The position numbers were made by a program, and so were the translations under genes. A stretch of 54,740 bases of DNA, taken from Chthoniobacteraceae bacterium (GTDB lineage: Bacteria; Verrucomicrobiota; Verrucomicrobiia; Chthoniobacterales; Chthoniobacteraceae). This document shows positions 30,499-38,691 of this stretch, piece by piece; position 1 is the stretch's first letter, and every line of letters begins with the position of its first letter. The DNA lies in the NCBI GenBank assembly GCA_049690035.1, contig JBAVML010000467.1:1-54740 (forward strand), given 5' to 3'. Below the pieces are notes generated by a model, which saw only the letters and a program-made list of their open reading frames with translations, ran no database searches and was not told where the DNA came from.

Positions 30499-31251
30499 AT
30501 GGCCGCCGTCCACGCAGACTTTCTTCTCATCGACAACAGCAACTCGTTCACCAAGTTCGCCCTCTCCAACCGCAAGGAAATCATCGGCGCTCCCCGCCGG
30601 CTCTCGACTCCGGCGGTCAACGACGACTCGCTCAAACGCGTGCTCGGCGGCTGGGAATTCGATGCGGCGGTGCTCTGCTCGGTCGTGCCGGAGAAGGGCG
30701 AGGTCATCAGCCAGTACATCGCGCCCCGCCGGGTGCTGAATGTCACCGCGAAAACCAAACTCGGAGTCGGCATCGACTACCCGCAGCCGGGTACGATCGG
30801 GGCCGATCGGCTGGCGAATGCGGCCGCCGTCTTCAAGAACTTCGGCGGGCCGGCGGTGGTCGTGGATTTCGGCACGGCGTTGACTTTCGACATCGTGTCG
30901 GCGGCCGGGAGCTACATCGGCGGCGTGATCGCGCCCGGCCTCGAGGCGATGACCGACTACCTCCACACGCGCACTGCTTTGCTACCGAAGATCACGCTCC
31001 TCGAACCGCCGAGCGCGATCGGCAAATCCACGCGCCACGCCATGCTCGCCGGTGCGGTCTATGGCTACCGCGGCCTCGTCCGCGAGATCCTCTTGCAGAT
31101 CCGCACGGAGCTGGCGTGGAAGAAAAAGCTGAAGGTTGTGGCCACCGGCGGCTACGCGGAGTTGATCGCCGCCGGCATGCCCGAGATCAGCGTGGTGCAG
31201 CCCGATCTGACGCTCGACGGATTGCGGATCATTGGGAATCTGACGCTGTGA
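30499..31251 (+). CDS. coaX: Type III pantothenate kinase
   Basis: Motifs LLIDNSNSFTK, CSVVP, IGADR, VVDFGTALTFD, GGVIAPG and VATGGYA. Confidence 0.93.
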   Translation: MAAVHADFLLIDNSNSFTKFALSNRKEIIGAPRRLSTPAVNDDSLKRVLGGWEFDAAVLCSVVPEKGEVISQYIAPRRVLNVTAKTKLGVGIDYPQPGTIGADRLANAAAVFKNFGGPAVVVDFGTALTFDIVSAAGSYIGGVIAPGLEAMTDYLHTRTALLPKITLLEPPSAIGKSTRHAMLAGAVYGYRGLVREILLQIRTELAWKKKLKVVATGGYAELIAAGMPEISVVQPDLTLDGLRIIGNLTL

Positions 31252-31324
31252 TTCCAGCATCCGCCCCGACGGCTGGCTGCGTTTCCATTCCATCCGCAAA
31301 CCTCAACCCACGATCCGCAATTCC

Positions 31325-32251
31325 ATGAGTTCCATTGGCATCGACTTTGGCGGGACGACGATCAAATCGGGCCTCGTCCTCGCCGGCGAAATCCTCGAGC
31401 GCGGCGAACCCATCGACACACAGGCGCTCGGCGACCCCCGGCACATCGTCGATGCGCTGGTGGACTTGGTGAAGCGACTCGCCGAGCACGCCACGCCGCC
31501 GGTGGCGATCGGCATCGGCGTCCCGGGCCTCGTCGATAACACGACCGGCATCGTGCATGAACTGACGAATGTGGTCGGCTGGGACGAGGTGCCGCTGCGC
31601 AAGATTCTGCACGAGCGGACCGGACTTCCGGTCACGATCGCGAACGACGCCAAGGCGATGACTTACGGCGAATGGAAATACGGGGCCGCACGCAATGCGC
31701 GCAACGTGGTGTGCATCACGGTCGGCACCGGAGTCGGTGGTGCGCTCATTCTCGACGGGCGGCTGTACCTCGGGTCGAATTTTGCTGCCGGCGAAATCGG
31801 GCACATGAGCATCGACTACCGTGGGCGGCCGGGGCCGTACGGGAATTTCGGCGGGCTCGAGGAATACATCGGCAACCACCAAATCGCCACCCGCGCCGCC
31901 GAGCGCTACCAAGCCGCCGGTCGCGACCTGACCGTTGAGCAATGTTCGCCACGACGGCTCACCGAGATGGCCAACGCGGGCGATCCGATCGCGAAACAAA
32001 TGTGGGAAGACCTCGGCGACGAGCTGGGCGCCGCGCTCGCCAGCGTCGTCTGGATCGTGAACCCCGACACGATCGTCATCGGCGGCGGCGTGGCCAAGGC
32101 CGGCGAACTCCTTTTCGACCCGGTCCGTCGATCCATTCGCGCCCGTACTTCCGACATCATCCACGCCAACCTGAGCGTGGTGCCGGCGACCTTGGGCAAC
32201 GACGCCGGCATCATCGGCAACGCGACGCTCGCGCTCGAGTCGGCCGGGTAG
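31325..32251 (+). CDS. ROK family sugar kinase (glucokinase-like)
   Basis: Motifs IGIDFGGT, GIGVPG, NDAKA, GTGVGG, GEIGH, IGGGV and LGNDAGIIG. Confidence 0.92.
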   Translation: MSSIGIDFGGTTIKSGLVLAGEILERGEPIDTQALGDPRHIVDALVDLVKRLAEHATPPVAIGIGVPGLVDNTTGIVHELTNVVGWDEVPLRKILHERTGLPVTIANDAKAMTYGEWKYGAARNARNVVCITVGTGVGGALILDGRLYLGSNFAAGEIGHMSIDYRGRPGPYGNFGGLEEYIGNHQIATRAAERYQAAGRDLTVEQCSPRRLTEMANAGDPIAKQMWEDLGDELGAALASVVWIVNPDTIVIGGGVAKAGELLFDPVRRSIRARTSDIIHANLSVVPATLGNDAGIIGNATLALESAG

Positions 32252-32335
32252 CCGCCGCATCGCAAAACTTTCTTTCCGAACAATTTGAACGACCGCAAAA
32301 CCGCCCTGTCGAAGCTGACTGTTTAGGGGGCAATT

Positions 32336-32426
32336 TCCGGGTCGTGCATGTTTCTTTGTTTGTGTTGTGTCTGTTGTTTCCTTGGCATGCACGGCCCGGA
32401 CTCCTTCCCGGAGAGCCTGGGCTTTT
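32336..32426 (+). ncRNA. Candidate structured RNA: 15-bp stem with an A-free U/G-rich loop, plus an overlapping terminator-like hairpin
   Basis: TCCGGGTCGTGCATG (32336-32350) pairs with CATGCACGGCCCGGA (32386-32400) with one G-U pair. The 35-nt loop has no A. Alternative hairpin CCCGG-A-CTCC/GGAG-AGC-CTGGG followed by CTTTT. Confidence 0.45.
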
Positions 32427-32488
32427 CGCCGCGTTGACGGCCATTTTTTCCGCGCTAGCCTCCGCCGCATGTCACACCGCCGCGCCCG

Positions 32489-33829
32489 ATGAGTACGGAA
32501 GCGCCCATGACAGGGATCCGTGTCTTTTTGATCGATTCGCCGGAATTTGGGCGCCTCCGCTCCTGGCCGGATGGGGCGCTGGTGATCGACGGCGGGCGCA
32601 TCGCTGAGATTGGCGACTACTCAACGCTTTCGAAGCGCCCGCGCGCGCAGCCGATCCGCTGGCTGCATTCCGATCGCGTCGCGGTCTTTCCGGGGTTGAT
32701 CGACGTCCACTCGCACGTTCCGCAGTATCCCGCGGTCGCGCGCGGCACCAGCGAGCTATTGCCGTGGCTCCAGCAATACATTTTCCCGCTCGAACGTGAG
32801 TTCACCGGTGGACGGGCGCGGCGCGAAGCGGCCGCTTTTTTCGCCGAACTCGCGCGGCAGGGGACCACCACCGCGATGCTCTACACCGCGATCTTCGAAG
32901 ACTCGTGCGAAGCCGCTTTCCAAGCCGCCGCGGCGAGCGGACTGCGGGTGATCATGGGGAAAATAATGATGGATCTCGGCAGCTACGGAAAGCTGGAGCC
33001 CACGCAGATCGTCAGCACTTCGCTTCAGGAATCCGAGCGCCTCTGCAAGACCTGGCACGGAGCCGCCGGCGGATTGCTGGACTACGCGGTGAGCCCGCGT
33101 TTTGCCATCGCCTGCAGCGAGGAAATGATGCGCGGCGCGGCGGCTCTCGCCGCAAAATACGGCACCTACATCCAGACGCACCTCGCGGAGAACCTGTCCG
33201 AGATCGAGCGGGTGCGGCAGATGTATCCATGGGCGTCTGATTACACCGACGTGTACCTCGGCTGCGGCCTGCTCACGCCGCGCACGGTGCTGGGGCATTG
33301 CGTGCATCTGAGCGCCGCCGAGCGGGAGACGCTCGCGAACGCCGGATCGAGCGTCGCGCATTGCCCGACCGCCAATCTCTTCCTCCGCAGCGGCATCCTG
33401 CCGCTCGAGACGGTGCGCGCCGCCGGCCTCCGCGTCGGGCTCGGCAGCGACGTCGCCGCCGGCCCGGAACTGAATCTCTGGCGCGTGATGCGTTGCGTGC
33501 TCGAATCGCAGAAGGCGCGTTCCTTTTACCAACCGGAGACCGAGGTGCCCTCGCCCGGCGCCGCGCTCCATCTCGCCACGCAGGGCGGTGCCGACGCGCT
33601 GGGAAAAGGTGCCGTGATCGGCAGCCTCGACATCGGCAAGGAAGCCGACCTCACGATCATGGACTTCGGGGCGCTGCTGCCTTATCGCCGCGGCGCGAAG
33701 GGCGTGAACGATCTCACCGCGGAGGACATCGTGAGCCTGTGCATCTACCGTGGCGGACCGGAGGCGGTGCTGGAGACATTCGTGCGCGGCCAGAGTGTTT
33801 ATCGCGCGCTGGCACCGGAGCTTTTTTGA
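32489..33829 (+). CDS. guaD: Guanine deaminase
   Basis: Motifs PGLIDVHSHVPQY, LLPWL..YIFP.E, GTTTA, VSPRFA..CS, IQTHLAEN..E, HCPTANLFL.SG and GSDVAAG. Confidence 0.9.
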   Translation: MSTEAPMTGIRVFLIDSPEFGRLRSWPDGALVIDGGRIAEIGDYSTLSKRPRAQPIRWLHSDRVAVFPGLIDVHSHVPQYPAVARGTSELLPWLQQYIFPLEREFTGGRARREAAAFFAELARQGTTTAMLYTAIFEDSCEAAFQAAAASGLRVIMGKIMMDLGSYGKLEPTQIVSTSLQESERLCKTWHGAAGGLLDYAVSPRFAIACSEEMMRGAAALAAKYGTYIQTHLAENLSEIERVRQMYPWASDYTDVYLGCGLLTPRTVLGHCVHLSAAERETLANAGSSVAHCPTANLFLRSGILPLETVRAAGLRVGLGSDVAAGPELNLWRVMRCVLESQKARSFYQPETEVPSPGAALHLATQGGADALGKGAVIGSLDIGKEADLTIMDFGALLPYRRGAKGVNDLTAEDIVSLCIYRGGPEAVLETFVRGQSVYRALAPELF

Positions 33830-33844
33830 GGTTCGAGTCTTCGC

Positions 33845-34678
33845 GTGGCCGCAAAATCTCCCGACCCCATCGCCATCGCGCTCGCCGAAGACATCGGCGC
33901 GGGTGATCTCACGTCGCAGTATTTCGTCGGCTCGCAGCGGGGGAAGGCACGCATTTTTGCGAAAGAAGCGGCGGTCGCGGCTGGTGTGGAGGTCGGTGCG
34001 GAAGTTTTTCGCCGCGTCGATCCGGGGTTGAAGGTGCGGGTCGTCCGGGAGTCGGGCACTCGCGTGGTGAAAGGGAATACCGTCCTCGAAATCCGCGGCC
34101 CGGTGCGCTCGATTCTCACCGCCGAACGCGTCGCGCTGAATTTCATTCAGCGCCTCTCCGGCGTCGCCACGCTCACGCGGCGCTTTGTCGATGCCGTGGG
34201 AAAAAACAAAGCGCGCATCCTCGACACCCGCAAAACCACGCCCGGGCTGCGCGCGCTGGAAAAAGCCGCCGTCGTTGCCGGCGGTGGCGTGAACCACCGC
34301 TTCGGCCTCTACGACATGGTGATGGTGAAGGATAACCACCTTCTCGCGAGCGACCGGCTGCCCGCCTTGCAGGCGGCGATCCGGAAATTCCGCCGCGATC
34401 ATCCCGGTCTCCGCGTCGAACTCGAAGCCGACACGCTGCGTCAGGTCCGAAACTTTCTTACTCTCGAAGGCGTGGACGTCATCCTCCTCGACAACATGAA
34501 GCCTGCCGCCCTCGCCGCCGCCGTGCGCCTCGGCGCCGGGCGCGTGCATTTTGAAGCCAGCGGCGGCGTGACGCTGGAAACCGTCCCGGCCATCGCGGCG
34601 ACGGGCGTCGATTTCATCTCCGTCGGCGCGCTGACGCACTCCGCGCGCGCCATCGATTTCTCCCTCGAGCTTTGGTGA
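33845..34678 (+). CDS. nadC: Nicotinate-nucleotide pyrophosphorylase (carboxylating)
   Basis: Motifs EDIG.GDLT, ERVALNF.QRLSG.AT.T, DTRKTTPGLR..EK.AV, HR.GL.D..MVKDNH, LLDNM and EASGG. Confidence 0.96.
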   Translation: MAAKSPDPIAIALAEDIGAGDLTSQYFVGSQRGKARIFAKEAAVAAGVEVGAEVFRRVDPGLKVRVVRESGTRVVKGNTVLEIRGPVRSILTAERVALNFIQRLSGVATLTRRFVDAVGKNKARILDTRKTTPGLRALEKAAVVAGGGVNHRFGLYDMVMVKDNHLLASDRLPALQAAIRKFRRDHPGLRVELEADTLRQVRNFLTLEGVDVILLDNMKPAALAAAVRLGAGRVHFEASGGVTLETVPAIAATGVDFISVGALTHSARAIDFSLELW

Positions 34679-35664
34679 AGACGCCCGACTGCCGGCTGCT
34701 CCAGATCTTGCGCGAAGCGAGCGTGCATCTTCCCGCCGGCGATCTCGCCGCGCAGCTTGGGGCTTCGGCGGCGGCGGTCCGCACCCAGCTCGCGGAGTTG
34801 CGGGCGGCGGGCTTTGAAATCGAAGATCGGCCCGCGCTCGGTTTCCGCCTCCTCGCCGCCCCCGACCGCTTGATCGCCGATGACCTCCTCGCCCGGCTCG
34901 ACGGCTGTGCGCTCGTGCGCGACCTCGTCGTCTTCGAGGAAACCGGCTCGACGAATGAACTCGTGCTCCAGCGCGGACGGCAGGGCGCGGCGGCTGGCCT
35001 CGTCATTTTCGCCGAAAGGCAGACCGCCGGCCGGGGCCGCTTCGGTCGCCGCTGGGAATCCGCGTCGCATCGCGGGCTCTGGTTTTCCCTACTGCTGCGG
35101 CCGGCCTTCCCGCTCGCGCGCTGGGCGCGACTCACCACGTGGGCAGCGGTTGCGGTCGCCGCGGCCGTGGAGCGAATCGGTGGACGGCGGGCCGCGATCA
35201 AGTGGCCGAACGATGTGTTTCTCGATGGGAAAAAAGTCGCCGGCATCCTCATCGAAAGCGGCACCGACGCGGCCGGGCAGCCCTTCGCCGTCGTGGGCAT
35301 CGGCGTGAACGTGAACCATCAGCCCGCCGACTTTCCGCCGGAACTCGCCGAGCGCGCCACCTCCTTGTGCCTCGCCACCGGCCGGGTGCGCGACCGGGCC
35401 GAGCTGGCCGCGGAGATTCTCACCCAGCTCGCCGCACGATTTGAGCGTCTGGCTGACGCATTTCCGGAGCTGGTCCGCGAGGCCGCCGCCCGCAGTTTGC
35501 TGCTCGGACGCTGGGTGCAGCTTCGCTCCGGCGCCACGCTGCACGAGGGGCTGGCGGAGAGCCTCGATGAGAACGGGCAGCTCCTCGTTCGGGCCGGCGA
35601 TGGTTCCGCGGAATGCTTCGCCGCGGGCGAGGTCACGGTAGTGGGCAGTCAGGCGATTCCCTGA
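34675..35664 (+). CDS. birA: Biotin-protein ligase/repressor BirA (N-terminal HTH)
   Basis: Motifs TGSTN, AERQTAGRGRFGRRW.S, IKWPNDV, KKVAGILIE and GIGVNVN. GTG overlaps the nadC stop. Confidence 0.93.
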   Translation: MKTPDCRLLQILREASVHLPAGDLAAQLGASAAAVRTQLAELRAAGFEIEDRPALGFRLLAAPDRLIADDLLARLDGCALVRDLVVFEETGSTNELVLQRGRQGAAAGLVIFAERQTAGRGRFGRRWESASHRGLWFSLLLRPAFPLARWARLTTWAAVAVAAAVERIGGRRAAIKWPNDVFLDGKKVAGILIESGTDAAGQPFAVVGIGVNVNHQPADFPPELAERATSLCLATGRVRDRAELAAEILTQLAARFERLADAFPELVREAAARSLLLGRWVQLRSGATLHEGLAESLDENGQLLVRAGDGSAECFAAGEVTVVGSQAIP

Positions 35665-35718
35665 ATCCAAATCGGGGAAATACGGACCGGGCCGAGCACA
35701 CCACGTGCTTTCTCAGAA

Positions 35719-36435
35719 ATGGCCCAAATGCACCTCCAACAATCGGAATTCCAGGACCAGCTTGTGCGCGGCATTGCGCATCGGATGAACAACATCCTGA
35801 CTCTCTTCCACGGCTATGTCGGCCTCCTCCTGGACGACCAGAAGCTCGACGCCCAGACGAAAGAGGGCCTTGCCAAAATCAAGGAAGGCGCCACCGCGGC
35901 TTCCGAGCTGATGGACCGCACCCACTCGCTCGCCCGCCCCTCGGCGCTCGTCTGGCGTGAAGTGAAGCTCGCCGAGTTCCTCCGCACGATGAAGCCCTCG
36001 CTGCTGAACTACTGCGGCCCGCGCACGGAGCTCGAATTCGACCTGCCGGATGACGTGCCGCCCGTCTGGGCCGATGCCGGCCGCGTGAAGACGATCATTT
36101 TTGAAATCCTGCGCAATGCCCTCGAGGCCACCTTCAGCACCGGCGGCACCGTGAAAGTCGCGCTGCGGACGGTGCCCGCGCCCGGCGGCCCGCGCACGTC
36201 GCTCCCGTGGGTTTCCCTCACCATCCGGGACGATGGACCGGGCATCCCCGAGAATGCAGGCGAGCGCATCTTCCAGCCATTTTTCACGACCAAGAAACGG
36301 AAGAGCAACGCCGGCCTCGGCCTCACCGTGGCGCTCACCTTCGTCCAGCATCTCGGCGGCATCCTGCGGTCGCACAGCGTTCCCGGAAACACGGAGTTTC
36401 AGGTGCTGCTCCCGTCGCGCACGGCGGCGGCGTAG
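35719..36435 (+). CDS. Stand-alone histidine kinase core (HisKA-HATPase_c) without an input domain
   Basis: Motifs GIAHRMNNIL, ILRNALEA, IRDDGPGIP, IFQPFFTTK and GLGL. Confidence 0.85.
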   Translation: MAQMHLQQSEFQDQLVRGIAHRMNNILTLFHGYVGLLLDDQKLDAQTKEGLAKIKEGATAASELMDRTHSLARPSALVWREVKLAEFLRTMKPSLLNYCGPRTELEFDLPDDVPPVWADAGRVKTIIFEILRNALEATFSTGGTVKVALRTVPAPGGPRTSLPWVSLTIRDDGPGIPENAGERIFQPFFTTKKRKSNAGLGLTVALTFVQHLGGILRSHSVPGNTEFQVLLPSRTAAA

Positions 36436-36467
36436 CGTCCGGCGCAGCCGGCCCGGGGCGCGCCCGC

Positions 36468-36737
36468 CTACCGCCGCAGCGTGTTGATCAGCTCATCGAG
36501 CTTGTTCAGCACGTCCTGCATCTGGGTTTGATTGTAGTTGCTGTCGGCGCCCTGGCCGAGCGTGGCCACGGCGTTGCTATTGCTGCTCGTGCCGGCGATG
36601 GCGGCGGCGATTGCATTGGCGATGTCCGCGGGCGTCGCGCGGTTCAGGATCTCGGTGAAGAGCGCGGTGAGCTGGCTGCGCATCTCAGCGCTGGAGTTCG
36701 GCGAATTGGCGGCGGGTTTGGAGGGATCGAAGGGCAT
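36468..36737 (-). CDS. Small hypothetical helical protein (89 aa)
   Basis: ATG 36737 gives MPFDPSKPAANSPNSSAEMRSQLTALF...QMQDVLNKLDELINTLRR. GC-rich third codon positions and an amphipathic C-terminal helix. Confidence 0.75.
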   Translation of the reverse strand: MPFDPSKPAANSPNSSAEMRSQLTALFTEILNRATPADIANAIAAAIAGTSSNSNAVATLGQGADSNYNQTQMQDVLNKLDELINTLRR

Positions 36738-36744
36738 GGGAAGA

Positions 36745-36949
36745 AAAGGATGAGGGCGGAAGGATGAAGGATGAAGAAAAGTGAGTGAGGGAGGGAAGGG
36801 ATGAAGGATGAACTGAAGTGAGGGCGATGGGAGGAAGGGCGGAGCAGGACTCAGGAGGCGAACCGAGAAAATGGAGGCCGGATGGGATCCTCGTCTCCCA
36901 ACGTCCGTCCCACTCCTCTTCATCCTTCATCCTTCCGCCTTCATCCTTT
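36745..36949. repeat. 33-bp inverted repeat built from GGATGAA heptamers, flanking a 139-bp spacer
   Basis: Left arm 36745-36777 is AAAGGATGAGGGCGGAAGGATGAAGGATGAAGA. Right arm 36917-36949 is its reverse complement at 32/33 positions. An extra GGATGAAGGATGAA sits at 36799-36812. Confidence 0.9.
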
Positions 36950-36951
36950 CC

Positions 36952-37737
36952 TCAGGGGCTCACCGTCACCTTCACCACATCCGTCCAGTCGCCATTGGGC
37001 GTGCCTTTGTCCCAGAAGCGCATCCGATACTCGCGCACTTCGGGCGTGCCGGCGGCCAGCAGCGGGCGCTCATCCATGTAGGGCGATTCCGTGTCGATGG
37101 CCTGAAACTCCCACGCCCCGGTGCCGCGCCGGCTTTCGATGTACACGCCCATGTGGGTGTATTTGTAAAAGGTGAGCTTCACGCACTGGCAGCCCGTGCC
37201 CTGGAGCAGTTCGGCGCTGAATCTCGGCGTCGTCTTCGGCGTCTCCTCCGGGCCCACCACGCCCAGGTCCGTGCCGATCGTCTCCGTGTAGTTGGGCGAG
37301 GTTTTCATCCGCGCGATCAAGGCAAAGATGCGGTTGAGCGCGCCCGGCAGCGTCGCCGTCACGCCGGCGGGCAGGGCTGGCGGGACAAAGGTGGGCAGCA
37401 CGATCGCGGTGGTGCCGCTGCCCGTGAGCACGTCATCCACGGCGTCCGTGGTGGAGGGGGAAAAGGCGCGCACCGCGGTCAGCCAGGTGCCCAGCACATA
37501 ATTGCCCCACTTCGCGTCATTCACGCTCGCGGTGATGTCGCCGGCGATGACGCCGAGCGTGGGGCCGTGGATGGGGAGTTTGACGCTGTAGTTGTCGAGC
37601 CAGTTGACCTGGTCGCCGATGCGGCCGGGGTAGTAGTATTGTCGTTTCACGTTGGATTTGGGTTTGGGTTGGGTTTGGAAATAGTCGGAAAGCTGATCCC
37701 AGAAGCCACTGTCCCAGGTGCCGGTGTCCCAGTTCAT
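36952..37737 (-). CDS. Hypothetical protein: helical N-domain plus C-terminal FN3/Ig-like beta domain; start ATG 37737 (MNWDTG) or GTG 37650
   Basis: Coding-like codon usage from 37650 to the stop. The C-terminus VKLTFYK...GVYIESRRG..WEF.AIDT.SPY.D.RP...VREYRMRF.D...GDWTDVVKVTV has a beta-sandwich pattern. The frame is also open upstream through the tandem array. Confidence 0.75.
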   Translation of the reverse strand: MNWDTGTWDSGFWDQLSDYFQTQPKPKSNVKRQYYYPGRIGDQVNWLDNYSVKLPIHGPTLGVIAGDITASVNDAKWGNYVLGTWLTAVRAFSPSTTDAVDDVLTGSGTTAIVLPTFVPPALPAGVTATLPGALNRIFALIARMKTSPNYTETIGTDLGVVGPEETPKTTPRFSAELLQGTGCQCVKLTFYKYTHMGVYIESRRGTGAWEFQAIDTESPYMDERPLLAAGTPEVREYRMRFWDKGTPNGDWTDVVKVTVSP

Positions 37738-37756
37738 GGCAGGACCGGTCGCCTCC

Positions 37757-38071
37757 GGCTCTCTGGCGTCAGTCTGAGGTTCTCTGGCGTCAGTCCGCGG
37801 TTCTCTGGCGTCAGTCCGCGGTTCTCTGGCTCCAGTCCGCGGTTTTCTGGCTTCAGTCCGCGGTTCTCTGGCGTCAGTCCGCGGTTCTCTGGCGTCAGTC
37901 CGCGGTTCTCTGGCTTCAGTCCGTGGTTCTCTGGCTTCAGTCCGTGGTTCTCTGGCTTCAGTCCGGGGTTCTCTGGCTTCAGTCCGTGGTTCTCTGGCTT
38001 CAGTCCGGGGTTCTCTGGCCTCAGCCGGCAATTCTCTGGCGTCATTCCACGATTCTCTGGCTTCCGTCCGC
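37757..38071. repeat. 21-bp tandem repeat array, about 15 units, consensus GGTTCTCTGGC(G/T)TCAGTCCG(C/T/G)
   Basis: Units start at 37757, 37778, 37799 ... 38051. The first unit and the last three are degenerate. No unique spacers. Confidence 0.95.
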
Positions 38072-38297
38072 CATTCTCTGAACACCCCGGACGAAATGGG
38101 GGCGGCGTTCCGACCGCGAGAAGGCCCCCTTTTGCCCCGAAAACGCCCCCCGGAAGGCAAAACCCCCTCCCCGGCAGCGGGAAGCGGGCAGTTCTGGAGG
38201 GAAACGGGTTCATCGCGGGGGGCGGTGGATTCGCCGGCGAAGAAAGCACGTTTCCCGACAAACCGGTTAGCCAATAGAAATTGGGCAGGCTGCCTCC

Positions 38298-38567
38298 CTA
38301 CCGCCGCGCCTCCGCCGCCGCGACCAGCTCCGAAAGCGTCGTGCCGAACCGCACGCCAATCCGCGCCAGCGTCCCCGTCCAGCATCCATTCGGGCAGAAA
38401 CCCTGTTCGAGGTTCAGGATCGTCTGGTCGCTCACCCCCGCCGACCGGCCCAGCGCATACGCACTGATGCCCAGCGCCTCCCGCCGCTCACGCACCTCCG
38501 CGCCGATGCGGGCATTGATCCAGAGCGCATATTTATCCGGGTCCGTGGGGGCGGTTTCCTGCTCCAT
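38298..38567 (-). CDS. XRE/Cro-family HTH transcriptional regulator (89 aa)
   Basis: ATG 38567. IGAEVRERREALGISAYALGRSAGVSDQTILNLEQG...TLARIG..FG...SELV matches the HTH_3 pattern. Confidence 0.8.
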   Translation of the reverse strand: MEQETAPTDPDKYALWINARIGAEVRERREALGISAYALGRSAGVSDQTILNLEQGFCPNGCWTGTLARIGVRFGTTLSELVAAAEARR

Positions 38568-38691
38568 CGCGCCCTCCCGGTGGTGCAAAATCCCTGCCAC
38601 GCAGGCCGGGTGACTCTGGCCATCCGTCAAGTCGCGTGGCCGGCGGAGCCGGCGCCTCGCCACGAAGCGGAGCTTCTGCCGCTGAAGGTGC

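Noticed and set aside
37757..38071. 21-bp array as a CRISPR array
   Set aside because: Units are directly adjacent with no unique spacers, and there are no cas genes in the window.
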